The notes under the pieces are model-generated. The model was given only the letters and a program-made list of their open reading frames with translations, had not been told where the DNA came from and searched no databases. Shown piece by piece: positions 16,565 to 26,436 of a DNA stretch of 40,000 bases; positions within the stretch are counted from its first letter, which is position 1; each line of letters begins with the position of its first letter. The position numbers were made by a program, and so were the translations under genes. Source of the stretch: Nostoc sp. FACHB-152 (GTDB lineage Bacteria > Cyanobacteriota > Cyanobacteriia > Cyanobacteriales > Nostocaceae); the NCBI RefSeq assembly GCF_014697475.1, contig NZ_JACJRV010000002.1, positions 21,515 through 61,514 on the forward strand, given 5' to 3'.

Positions 16565-17515
16565 TCACCTGTCACCTGCTATGGCGATCGCAATTTTACC
16601 AACCGCTCGTTCACTCTCACTATAAGCATGAGCCGCAGCTAATTCTTGTAGTGGAAAAGTCCGGTCAATGACTGTGCGAATTTTACCAGCCTCAATCAAG
16701 TCTTTTAAATAAATCAAGTCTTGGCTATTTGGTCTTTCAACTACTAATTTCGCTTTTTGACCAGGTAAAAACGTTGTTAAAAAACCCTGTATTAAAACTT
16801 CTGGGCTAGGCAAAGTTGTTACATAAACTCCATTTGGTGTCAGCACTTCTCTACAGGTAGAAAATGCTCGTTTGGCAACTGTATCAAAAATAATGTCATA
16901 CTTTATTGCCTCTGTGGTGAAATCTTGCTGCGTATAATCAACAACGCGGTCTGCGCCTAAAGATTTAACAAAATCTAGATTTTTGGTACTGCAAACTCCC
17001 GTTACTTCCGTCCCCAAAGCCTTAGCAATTTGCACTGCAAATATACCCACGCCACCCGCAGCACCATTAATCAAAACTGTCTGTCCAGCTTGCATATTTC
17101 CCAAATCACGTAAAGCTTGCAAAGCCGTCAGCGCTGCTAAAGGTACGGTGGCTGCTTCTTCATAGCTCAAATTTGTTGGTTTGAGTGCTGCCACCTTTTC
17201 TGGAATTGCTGCAAATTCTGCATAAGCACCGCCAGGAAAGCTAGTGCTACCGTAAATCGCATCTCCAGGTTGAAAGCGAGTGACTTGGGAACCAACACTT
17301 ACCACTTCTCCCGCCACATCAAACCCCAAAATCAATGGGAAACTTCTACCAGTCAACACACTCAACATACCCTTACGAATCTTCCAATCAACGGGGTTAA
17401 CGCTGCTGGCGTGGACTTTCACTAGTAATTGGTCAGGCTTGATTTGCGGCTGCTTCCAATCTTCATACTGCAAAACATCAGTGGTTCCATAGCCTCGGAT
17501 AATGACTGCCTTCAT
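16565..17515 (-). CDS. NADPH:quinone oxidoreductase / zinc-type alcohol dehydrogenase-like (MDR family)
   Basis: 316 aa. MKAVIIRGYG...VKVHASSVNPVDWK...INGAAGGVGIFAVQIAK (Rossmann GxGxxG). Confidence 0.85.
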   Translation of the reverse strand: MKAVIIRGYGTTDVLQYEDWKQPQIKPDQLLVKVHASSVNPVDWKIRKGMLSVLTGRSFPLILGFDVAGEVVSVGSQVTRFQPGDAIYGSTSFPGGAYAEFAAIPEKVAALKPTNLSYEEAATVPLAALTALQALRDLGNMQAGQTVLINGAAGGVGIFAVQIAKALGTEVTGVCSTKNLDFVKSLGADRVVDYTQQDFTTEAIKYDIIFDTVAKRAFSTCREVLTPNGVYVTTLPSPEVLIQGFLTTFLPGQKAKLVVERPNSQDLIYLKDLIEAGKIRTVIDRTFPLQELAAAHAYSESERAVGKIAIAIAGDR

Positions 17516-17923
17516 AGCATTCCTCCTGTAACCCTGTATTGCTTGCCTATATCTTTAGTGTAGCGATCGCCCCCGCTTTGTGACGTAATTAACTTTTTAT
17601 GCTATCTGTTAGATATGCTGCTTTTTGAATATCAAAATATTTTACTTTTTATATAAAAAAATTAATTTTTGCAAATTATATTCATTAATTTTGACACTTT
17701 CCAAAAACTTGAAACCTAACAATAGCATACTCTTCAGTGCGATTTAATCTCATTAAACTTAGAAAACTTAAGAAAATGTGAATTACATTTTTCTCTAAAA
17801 AAAAATGATATGTTGTATACAGAATTGAATTTCGCACGTATCTGGAGTAGTACCAACGAATCTGCTCCAGTTTTTCCCCCTAAATCCTTTAGCCGTCGAG
17901 CTTTTTGGCAGGATTTAAGGGAT

Positions 17924-18136
17924 AGTTGAGTACAACTTTTTGTATCCCCAAATCAGCAGCAAATAGCTTCAAAGCATTGCTGAGATTGGGTTATAGCTGA
18001 GTACAAAGAAATCCTAAACCCCACTCTAAAAATACAAGAACCCTGACCTAAAAATACTAGAACCCCTACCCGAAAATAAAATTTATAAACTTTTTTATAG
18101 CTCAATATCAAGGTTTGCAGATTTGAGTACAAATCT
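17924..18136 (+). promoter_or_regulatory. Candidate nifB upstream control region: 3 x TGAGTACAA and 3 x 22-bp A-tract repeats
   Basis: TGAGTACAA occurs at 17927, 17998 and 18124. The first and third copies are embedded in AGTT-GAGTAC-AACT and AGATTT-GAGTAC-AAATCT. Tandem units AACCCCACTCTAAAAATACAAG / AACCCTGACCTAAAAATACTAG / AACCCCTACCCGAAAATAAAAT lie at 18017-18082. The region is 400-600 nt upstream of nifB. No function demonstrated. Confidence 0.3.
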
Positions 18137-18531
18137 AATAAATCCAATAAATTCTATCCAAATGTAACTCCAGTCGAGCTAAAAAACGGCTGCTATAAAT
18201 CATATATCGCCAATCACCAATGACTCGAAACAAAACAACGAGCCAAAAGTGAGTGGAGGGATGAGATAGCACCATGCCTCGGTGAATCGAAGTCGCGGCT
18301 GTACACACCAACTCTACCCAAAACCTCAAAGTTGACACACACCAGCCGAAACACAAGGATTCATAGCCTGCCATCATCAGCGAAGTTGCCCAACCAGTGG
18401 CTTTGCTACAACCAAAGGATGCACTCCTGCGGGCAGTGTGATAGCCGTGACTTCCATTCTACTAGGGCAAATAAAATAGCAACAGCATCTCCCACAGTGG
18501 CAGCTTAGTCCACCGACATTTGCGAAATTCA

Positions 18532-19980
18532 ATGACACCACAGGTTACAGACTCCTCCGTTACTGAATCGACACCTACCCAAGCAAAATCTGGTGGTTGC
18601 GGATGCGACAGCAAAAGCAGCGCCACCGTGGAAATGGACGAAAAGCTCCAAGAACGTATTGCTAAACATCCCTGCTACAGCGAAGAAGCTCACCACCATT
18701 ACGCGAGAATGCACGTTGCAGTTGCACCCGCTTGCAACATTCAATGCAACTATTGCAACCGCAAATATGACTGCGCCAACGAAAGTCGCCCTGGTGTAGT
18801 GAGCGAGTTACTGACACCGGAAGAAGCAGCACACAAAGCGTTGGTTATCGCAGGCAAAATTCCCCAAATGACAGTTTTGGGAATCGCTGGCCCTGGCGAC
18901 CCTCTAGCCAACCCAGACAAAACATTCCGCACCTTTGAGTTGATTGCAGACAAAGCACCAGATATTAAGCTTTGCTTATCAACTAATGGTTTGATGCTAA
19001 CTGAATACATCGATCGCATTAAACAATTAAATATAGATCACGTTACTATCACCCTAAATACCATCGACCCAGAAATCGGCGCGCAGATTTACTCATGGGT
19101 TCACTATAAGCGCAGACGTTACAGAGGTGTTGAAGGAGCCAAAATTCTGCTCGAAAAGCAGTTAGAAGGTTTACAAGCTCTGAGAGAAGCCGATATTCTG
19201 TGCAAGGTCAACTCCGTGATGATTCCCGGAATCAACGACCAGCACCTAGTTGAAGTCAACAAAGCAATTCGTGAGCGTGGTGCATTCTTGCACAACATCA
19301 TGCCTTTGATTTCTGCACCAGAACACGGTACACACTTCGGCTTAACAGGTCAGCGAGGCCCTTCACAAAAAGAACTCAAATCAGTTCAAGACCAGTGTGC
19401 TGGCAACATGAAAATGATGCGCCACTGCCGTCAATGCCGTGCAGATGCGATTGGTTTGTTGGGTGAAGACCGCAGCCAAGAATTCACCAAAGAGAATTTC
19501 TTGGAAATGGCTCCAGAGTACGACTTCAGCAAGCGCCAAGAAGTTCACGAAGGTATTGAGAAATTTAGAGAAGAAATTAAAGCAGCCAAAGAAAAGGCAA
19601 AAGCCGGCAAGCAGCAAAGTGCCAACAATCCTAAAATCTTAGTTGCAGTGGCAACCAAAGGCGGCGGATTAGTTAACCAACACTTCGGTCATGTCAAAGA
19701 ATTCCAAGTTTACGAAGTTGATGGTAGCGAAGTTCGTTTCGTTAGTCACCGCAAGATTGATCAATATTGTCAAGGTGGATACGGTGAAGCTGCCACCGCA
19801 GAGAATATCATGAAGACAATTGCAGATTGTAAAGCAGTATTGGTTTCTAAGATTGGCAACTGTCCCAAAGAAAAATTGCACGAAGCTGGCATACAGACCG
19901 TTGAAGCTTACGACGTAATCGAGAAAGTTGCTTTAGAGTTTTACGAACAGTACGTCAAAGAATTAGGGAATCGGGAATAG
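18532..19980 (+). CDS. nifB: Nitrogenase FeMo-cofactor biosynthesis radical-SAM protein NifB (with C-terminal NifX-like domain)
   Basis: [14 protein letters not shown] radical-SAM motif. The C-terminal roughly 110 aa resembles NifX/NafY. ATG 18532 is preferred over the track's TTG at 18520. Confidence 0.97.
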   Translation: MTPQVTDSSVTESTPTQAKSGGCGCDSKSSATVEMDEKLQERIAKHPCYSEEAHHHYARMHVAVAPACNIQCNYCNRKYDCANESRPGVVSELLTPEEAAHKALVIAGKIPQMTVLGIAGPGDPLANPDKTFRTFELIADKAPDIKLCLSTNGLMLTEYIDRIKQLNIDHVTITLNTIDPEIGAQIYSWVHYKRRRYRGVEGAKILLEKQLEGLQALREADILCKVNSVMIPGINDQHLVEVNKAIRERGAFLHNIMPLISAPEHGTHFGLTGQRGPSQKELKSVQDQCAGNMKMMRHCRQCRADAIGLLGEDRSQEFTKENFLEMAPEYDFSKRQEVHEGIEKFREEIKAAKEKAKAGKQQSANNPKILVAVATKGGGLVNQHFGHVKEFQVYEVDGSEVRFVSHRKIDQYCQGGYGEAATAENIMKTIADCKAVLVSKIGNCPKEKLHEAGIQTVEAYDVIEKVALEFYEQYVKELGNRE

Positions 19981-20107
19981 GGAATAGGTTACAGGGAACA
20001 GGTTACAGGTTACAGGAAATAGATTACAGATAATTTTCTATCTCCTGTCGCCTGTCACCTCTCACCTATCACCTCTCCCACTCCCTACTCACAACTCCCC
20101 ACTCCCA
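19978..20107. repeat. STRR block pair (G-rich GGTTACA heptamers, then complementary C-rich block) between nifB and fdxN
   Basis: TAGGGAATAGGTTACAGGGAACAGGTTACAGGTTACAGG...CCTGTCGCCTGTCACCTCTCACCTATCACCTCTCCCACTCCC. The two halves are imperfectly complementary. Confidence 0.8.
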
Positions 20108-20128
20108 TCATTCGCAAGGAGAATAATC

Positions 20129-20479
20129 ATGGCTTATAAGATTACCAGCCAGTGTATTTCTTGCAATCTCTGTGATTCTGTATGCCCCACCGGAGCAATT
20201 AAAAAAGTAGAAGGCTCAAGCTACTGGATTGATCCTGAACTTTGCACAAACTGCGTTGGCACTATTTACTCCGTGCCTCAATGCAAAGCTGGTTGCCCAA
20301 CCTGTGATGGTTGCGTTAAAGAGACAAACGATTATTGGGAAAGCTGGTTTGCTAAATATAACCGCGTTGTCGGGAAATTAACAAAAAAACAAGATTATTG
20401 GGAACGTTGGTTTGACTGTTATTCTCAGAAGTTCTCTGAACAAATGCAAAAGCATCAGGGTGAAATATTAGGGGTATAA
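20129..20479 (+). CDS. fdxN: 2[4Fe-4S] bacterial-type ferredoxin FdxN (uninterrupted)
   Basis: 116 aa. CISCNLCDSVCP and CTNCVG...C...CP cluster motifs. Position between nifB and nifS. Confidence 0.9.
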   Translation: MAYKITSQCISCNLCDSVCPTGAIKKVEGSSYWIDPELCTNCVGTIYSVPQCKAGCPTCDGCVKETNDYWESWFAKYNRVVGKLTKKQDYWERWFDCYSQKFSEQMQKHQGEILGV

Positions 20480-20485
20480 ATAAGA

Positions 20486-21688
20486 ATGAGCGTCATTTAT
20501 CTAGATAATAATGCGACTACTAAGGTAGACCCACAGGTTTTAGAGGCAATGATGCCCTATTTAACCGAATATTACGCCAACCCCTCAAGTATGCACACCT
20601 TTGGCGGGCAACTGGGTAAAGCAGTGAAAACAGCCAGGGAACAACTAGCCGCCCTCCTCGGTGCAGATGAATCAGAAATTGTTTTTACGAGTTGTGGAAC
20701 CGAGGGAGATAACGCAGCCATTCGCGCCGCTTTGTTAGCCCAGCCAGAAAAACGCCACATCATCACCACCCAGGTAGAACATCCGGCGGTGCTGAATGTC
20801 TGCAAACAACTAGAAACCCAAGGTTATAGTGTTACTTATCTTTCGGTGAATAGTCAGGGGCAGTTGGATTTAGATGAATTAGAAGCCTCGCTGACTGGGA
20901 ACACCGCCTTGGTAAGCATCATGTATGCTAACAACGAAACAGGTACGATTTTCCCGATTGAGCAGATTGGATTACGTGTCAAAGAACGCGGCGCACTGTT
21001 CCATGTCGATGCAGTGCAAGCAGTGGGTAAAATTCCCCTGAACATGAAGACCAGTACAGTAGATATGTTAACTATGTCTGGTCATAAGATTCACGCACCC
21101 AAAGGTATTGGCGCGTTGTATGTGCGCCGGGGCGTGAGATTCCGTCCCCTGTTGATTGGTGGACACCAAGAACGCGGTCGCCGCGCGGGTACAGAGAATG
21201 TTCCGGGTATCGTTGGTTTGGGTAAAGCAGCCGAATTGGAATTGCTGCATTTAGAAGAAGCAACTACCAGAGAAAGAAAGTTGCGCGATCGCCTGGAACA
21301 AACTCTCCTCGCTAAAATCCCTGATTGTGAAGTTAACGGCGATCCCAAAAATAGATTGCCCAACACCACCAACATCGGTTTTAAATATATCGAAGGTGAA
21401 GCAATCCTACTTTTGTTAAATAAACACGGTATCTGTGCCTCATCTGGTTCCGCTTGCACCTCCGGTTCACTCGAACCATCCCACGTTCTGCGGGCAATGG
21501 GTTTACCATACACAACCTTACATGGTTCCATTCGCTTCAGTCTTTCTCGCTACACCACCGACGCTGAAATTGATCGCGTCATTGAAGTCATGCCCGACAT
21601 TGTAGAACGTCTCCGCGCTCTGTCGCCATTCAAAAACGACGACGCAGGTTGGTTGCAATCTCAAGAACAAACATTGGCACATCGTTAA
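20486..21688 (+). CDS. nifS: Cysteine desulfurase NifS
   Basis: 400 aa. PLP-lysine motif SGHKIHAPKG and active-site SSGSACTSG. Confidence 0.96.
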   Translation: MSVIYLDNNATTKVDPQVLEAMMPYLTEYYANPSSMHTFGGQLGKAVKTAREQLAALLGADESEIVFTSCGTEGDNAAIRAALLAQPEKRHIITTQVEHPAVLNVCKQLETQGYSVTYLSVNSQGQLDLDELEASLTGNTALVSIMYANNETGTIFPIEQIGLRVKERGALFHVDAVQAVGKIPLNMKTSTVDMLTMSGHKIHAPKGIGALYVRRGVRFRPLLIGGHQERGRRAGTENVPGIVGLGKAAELELLHLEEATTRERKLRDRLEQTLLAKIPDCEVNGDPKNRLPNTTNIGFKYIEGEAILLLLNKHGICASSGSACTSGSLEPSHVLRAMGLPYTTLHGSIRFSLSRYTTDAEIDRVIEVMPDIVERLRALSPFKNDDAGWLQSQEQTLAHR

Positions 21689-21689
21689 T

Positions 21690-21733
21690 TAGGGAATAGG
21701 TTACAGGGAACAGGTTACAGATAGTTTCTATAG
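21690..21733. repeat. STRR module identical to the one after nifB
   Basis: The 31 nt TAGGGAATAGGTTACAGGGAACAGGTTACAG at 21690-21720 are identical to 19978-20008. The tail ATAGTTTCTATAGCCTGTCACC is related to 20030-20060. Confidence 0.85.
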
Positions 21734-21875
21734 CCTGTCACCCTTCGGGTTCGCCACTTGCTTTATGCCGGGAAACCCGTCCACCGCAGTGGTCTCACCT
21801 GTCACCTATCACCCTTCGGGTTCGCCACTTGCTTTATGCCGGGAAACCCGTCCACCGCAGTGGCTCACCTGTCAC
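21734..21875. repeat. Tandem duplication (about 71 bp x 2) of an SDR-like nested hairpin element
   Basis: CCT[G/A]TCACCCTTCGGGTTCGCCACTTGCTTTATGCCGGGAAACCCGTCCACCGCAGTGG(T)CTCACCTGTCACCT occurs twice, starting at 21734 and 21805. Inner stem CGGG-AAA-CCCG. Confidence 0.85.
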
Positions 21876-21904
21876 CTCTCTCCACTCAGCATTCGGAATT
21901 TAAT

Positions 21905-22825
21905 ATGTGGGACTACACAGATAAAGTATTAGAACTGTTTTACGATCCCAAGAATCAGGGAACGATTGAAGAAACCAGCGAACCTGGAGTTAAGGTTGCA
22001 ACAGGAGAAGTCGGCAGTATTTCTTGCGGCGATGCTTTGAGACTGCACCTAAAAGTCGAAGTGGAATCTGATAAGATTCTCGATGCACGTTTCCAAACCT
22101 TTGGCTGTACCAGTGCGATCGCTTCTTCTAGTGCATTGACCGAAATGGTTAAGGGTTTAACTTTAGATGAAGCCCTGAAGGTATCTAATAAAGATATTGC
22201 CAATTACCTCGGCGGTTTACCCGAAGCCAAAATGCACTGCTCAGTTATGGGTCAAGAAGCCTTAGAAGCCGCAATTTATAACTATCGTGGCATTCCTCTA
22301 GCTGCCCATGACGATGATGACGAAGGCGTTTTAATTTGCTCCTGCTTTGGTATTACTGATACAAAAATTCGTCGCGTAGTGAAAGAAAATAATCTTACTA
22401 CTGCGGAGCAGGTAACAAATTATGTCAAAGCTGGTGGCGGATGCGGTTCCTGTTTAACAAAAATTGATGATATTATTAAAGATGTAGAGCAGGAAGTCGC
22501 CACAACCAGTAAAAACGCAAATAACGGCATAAAGTCAGCAGAAATTCTTAACTCTGGTCAGATAGCTACAGCCACAAGACCACTGACCAACGTCCAAAAG
22601 ATTGCCTTAATTCAAAAAGTTCTCGACGAAGAAGTAAGACCCGTCCTCATTGCTGATGGTGGAGATGTAGAACTGTACGACATAGAAGGAAATACAGTTA
22701 AAGTCATCCTCAAAGGTGCTTGTGGTTCTTGTTCTAGCAGCACCGCCACCTTAAAGATAGCGATTGAATCGAGACTGCGCGATCGCATCAGCAAAGACAT
22801 CGTAGTACAAGCAGTTGAGCTATAG
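21905..22825 (+). CDS. nifU: Fe-S cluster scaffold NifU
   Basis: Starts [19 protein letters not shown]. IscU-like Cys motifs ([20 protein letters not shown]), central 2Fe-2S CSC...GGGCGSC, and C-terminal GACGSCSSS. The track's longer ORF (from TTG 21758) only reads through the SDR repeat. Confidence 0.95.
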   Translation: MWDYTDKVLELFYDPKNQGTIEETSEPGVKVATGEVGSISCGDALRLHLKVEVESDKILDARFQTFGCTSAIASSSALTEMVKGLTLDEALKVSNKDIANYLGGLPEAKMHCSVMGQEALEAAIYNYRGIPLAAHDDDDEGVLICSCFGITDTKIRRVVKENNLTTAEQVTNYVKAGGGCGSCLTKIDDIIKDVEQEVATTSKNANNGIKSAEILNSGQIATATRPLTNVQKIALIQKVLDEEVRPVLIADGGDVELYDIEGNTVKVILKGACGSCSSSTATLKIAIESRLRDRISKDIVVQAVEL

Positions 22826-23020
22826 CTCTTAGTTTTACCCACAGTATAAATACACCCTAATGTGCAACAGCCAAGAACAGAAAGTAGGATTTGACCGATA
22901 CAATTGTTCTCTCATCAATGTTTTATTCCTACTGACAACAAACAGCTAACAGCACATAGGCAAAGATATTCAACGCCTACCTGCAATTTCAATATCCAAC
23001 ACGCTTCAAAGGAAAAGGAT

Positions 23021-23380
23021 ATGAGTGCAACATTGTATGACAAACTCGGCGGACAACCGACTATTGAGAAAATAGTTGATGATTTACACAAACGCATCTT
23101 AGCAGACAACACTCTCAAACCATTTTTCGCTAACACAGATATGGCGAAACAGCGCGCTCATCAAGTTGCTTTCTTCTCTCTGATATTTGAGGGGCCAAAG
23201 CAATACACTGGTCGCCCAATGGACAAAACACACACAGGTATGAGTCTACAGGAACAACACTTTGATGCGATCGCCAAGCACCTAACTGATGCTATGGCTG
23301 TAGGTGGAGCATCAGCAGAAGATACCAAAGCAGCGTTAGATCGCGTTTCCAGCTTGAAGGGAGCTATTTTGAACAAGTAA
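23021..23380 (+). CDS. glbN: Group I truncated hemoglobin (cyanoglobin)
   Basis: 119 aa from ATG 23021. MSATLYDKLGGQPTIEKIVDDLHKRI...FFSLIFEGPKQYTGRPMDKTHTGM...HFDAIAKHL is very similar to the GlbN I recall from Nostoc commune. Same nifU-nifH position. Confidence 0.9.
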   Translation: MSATLYDKLGGQPTIEKIVDDLHKRILADNTLKPFFANTDMAKQRAHQVAFFSLIFEGPKQYTGRPMDKTHTGMSLQEQHFDAIAKHLTDAMAVGGASAEDTKAALDRVSSLKGAILNK

Positions 23381-23479
23381 TGGAACTGACGCATTGATTA
23401 TTGACTAATAGCTAAGTCAAGTCTTACCTAGCGTTCCCAGTTTCTCCAGATTATGGCGTATTTGTAAAGTGTGTAATTC

Positions 23480-23612
23480 CTTTGTCATTTGCATAAAACA
23501 CAAATGGCAAAGATTAAACAAAATTTTAACCCCGAATCATTATGACACCAACACCCACTGATTTTGCTGTAGAGCGATCGCCCCCGACGTGTGCCTAAGC
23601 GATCGTTCTACA
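23480..23612 (+). promoter_or_regulatory. Two stem-loops in the nifH leader region
   Basis: CTTTGTCATTTG-cataaaaca-CAAATGGCAAAG (23480-23512, one mismatch). TAGAGCGATCG-N19-CGATCGTTCTA (23570-23610), 92-132 nt upstream of the nifH ATG. Confidence 0.35.
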
Positions 23613-23689
23613 AACCCCTCACAGCCATAGCTCAACAGGCGTGAGATTCTCAAACAAACGCTCATACCCACTAAACCAACCAATTGTAG

Positions 23690-24589
<900 letters not shown>

Positions 24590-24735
24590 ATAATCCTGTT
24601 AGGAGATAAGGAAAGTTTGAAGTGCGAAGTATAAAGCCTGAAATCATCTCTTCATCCAGCTTTAGCTTTCAACCTTCATCCTTCTCCTCTCCCTCATCCC
24701 TTTTCCCCCATCCATAACTGTTACCGAGGCAGACT

Positions 24736-26229
24736 ATGACACCTCCAGAAAACAAGAATCTTGTAGATGAAAATAAGGAACTTATTAAAGAAGTTCTGCA
24801 AGCTTACCCCGAAAAAGCTCGTAAAAAGCGCGAAAAACACCTCAACGTCCACGAAGAAAGCAAGTCCGATTGCGGCGTTAAGTCTAACATCAAATCTATT
24901 CCTGGTGTAATGACCGCTCGTGGTTGTGCTTACGCAGGTTCTAAAGGTGTGGTTTGGGGGCCTATTAAGGACATGATCCACATCAGCCACGGCCCAGTAG
25001 GATGCGGTTACTGGTCTTGGTCTGGTCGTCGTAACTACTATGTAGGTATCACAGGTATCAACTCCTTTGGTACCATGCACTTCACCTCCGACTTCCAAGA
25101 ACGCGACATCGTATTCGGTGGTGACAAAAAATTAACCAAAATCATCGAAGAACTAGAAGTTCTCTTCCCCTTGAACCGTGGTGTTTCCATTCAATCTGAA
25201 TGTCCCATCGGTCTAATCGGAGATGACATCGAAGCTGTAGCTAAAAAAGCTTCTAAGCAAATTGGTAAGCCAGTTGTACCCCTGCGTTGCGAAGGTTTCC
25301 GTGGTGTATCTCAGTCTTTAGGACACCACATCGCTAACGACGCTATCCGTGACTGGATTTTCCCTGAATTTGACAAGGCTAAGAAAAACAATACACTCGA
25401 CTTCGAGCCAAGCCCATACGACGTAGCTCTAATCGGTGACTACAACATCGGTGGTGATGCTTGGGCAAGCCGGATGTTGTTAGAAGAAATGGGCTTGCGT
25501 GTTGTTGCTCAGTGGTCTGGTGACGGTACACTCAACGAGTTGATTCAAGGCCCTGCTGCTAAGTTAGTTCTGATCCACTGCTACCGTTCTATGAACTACA
25601 TCTGCCGTAGTTTGGAAGAACAATACGGTATGCCTTGGATGGAATTCAACTTCTTCGGCCCCACCAAGATTGCTGAATCTCTACGTCAAATTGCTGCTAA
25701 ATTTGACTCTAAGATTCAAGAAAACGCTGAGAAGGTCATCGCTAAGTACACACCAGTGATGACTGCGGTACTTGAAAAGTATCGTCCTCGCTTGGAAGGT
25801 AACACCGTAATGTTGTACGTAGGTGGTCTACGTCCTCGTCACGTTGTTCCCGCTTTTGAAGACTTGGGTATCAAAGTTGTCGGTACAGGCTACGAATTCG
25901 CTCACAACGACGACTACAAACGTACCACCCACTATATCGATAACGCCACCATCATTTATGATGACGTTACCGCCTACGAATTCGAGGAATTCGTTAAAGC
26001 TAAGAAGCCTGACCTAATTGCTTCTGGTATTAAAGAGAAGTACGCCTTCCAAAAGATGGGTCTACCCTTCCGTCAAATGCACTCTTGGGATTACTCCGGC
26101 CCTTATCACGGTTATGACGGATTTGCTATCTTCGCTCGTGATATGGACTTAGCACTCAACAGCCCAACTTGGAGCTTGATTGGCGCACCTTGGAAGAAAG
26201 CTGCTACCAAAGCTAAGGCTGCTGCTTAA
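24736..26229 (+). CDS. nifD: Nitrogenase MoFe protein alpha chain NifD (uninterrupted)
   Basis: 497 aa. [20 protein letters not shown] (FeMo-co Cys) and [15 protein letters not shown] (FeMo-co His region). Confidence 0.98.
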   Translation: MTPPENKNLVDENKELIKEVLQAYPEKARKKREKHLNVHEESKSDCGVKSNIKSIPGVMTARGCAYAGSKGVVWGPIKDMIHISHGPVGCGYWSWSGRRNYYVGITGINSFGTMHFTSDFQERDIVFGGDKKLTKIIEELEVLFPLNRGVSIQSECPIGLIGDDIEAVAKKASKQIGKPVVPLRCEGFRGVSQSLGHHIANDAIRDWIFPEFDKAKKNNTLDFEPSPYDVALIGDYNIGGDAWASRMLLEEMGLRVVAQWSGDGTLNELIQGPAAKLVLIHCYRSMNYICRSLEEQYGMPWMEFNFFGPTKIAESLRQIAAKFDSKIQENAEKVIAKYTPVMTAVLEKYRPRLEGNTVMLYVGGLRPRHVVPAFEDLGIKVVGTGYEFAHNDDYKRTTHYIDNATIIYDDVTAYEFEEFVKAKKPDLIASGIKEKYAFQKMGLPFRQMHSWDYSGPYHGYDGFAIFARDMDLALNSPTWSLIGAPWKKAATKAKAAA

Positions 26230-26257
26230 TTCATTCCCAAGAATAAAACGGATAGCC

Positions 26258-26278
26258 TGGGGTTTTTAGCCCCAGGAA
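26258..26278 (+). other. Intercistronic stem-loop after nifD
   Basis: CCTGGGG-tttttag-CCCCAGG. Followed by GAATGCT heptamers and complementary ATTCAT[T/G/C] heptamers (26290-26345). Confidence 0.4.
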
Positions 26279-26436
26279 CCCAGGGAAGAATGGTGAATGC
26301 TGAATGCTGGATGAAGACTTTTATTCATTATTCATGATTCATCACTCGTGACTCCCTAGGGGAGGAGCGGAACCCCCCCAGGCTCTCCCAACACTTCAAT
26401 TACTACACCAACCAGCAAGCGTAGAGAGACAGACAA

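Noticed and set aside
17953-18377. Minus-strand ORFs of 64 and 80 aa upstream of nifB
   Set aside because: They have low-complexity, Cys/Trp-rich odd composition with no RBS, and they lie in the presumed nifB promoter/leader.
18520-18531. TTG start for nifB
   Set aside because: An ATG four codons downstream (18532) is the more conventional start. The difference is trivial and unresolved without alignment.
21758-21904. N-terminal extension of nifU (track ORF starts at TTG 21758)
   Set aside because: The extension is a read-through of the tandem SDR element. Canonical NifU begins MWDYTDKV at 21905.
22904-23020. Longer glbN ORF (158 aa)
   Set aside because: The globin homology starts at MSATLYDKLGG (ATG 23021), which has a purine-rich stretch just upstream. 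The upstream 39 codons have no protein-like features.
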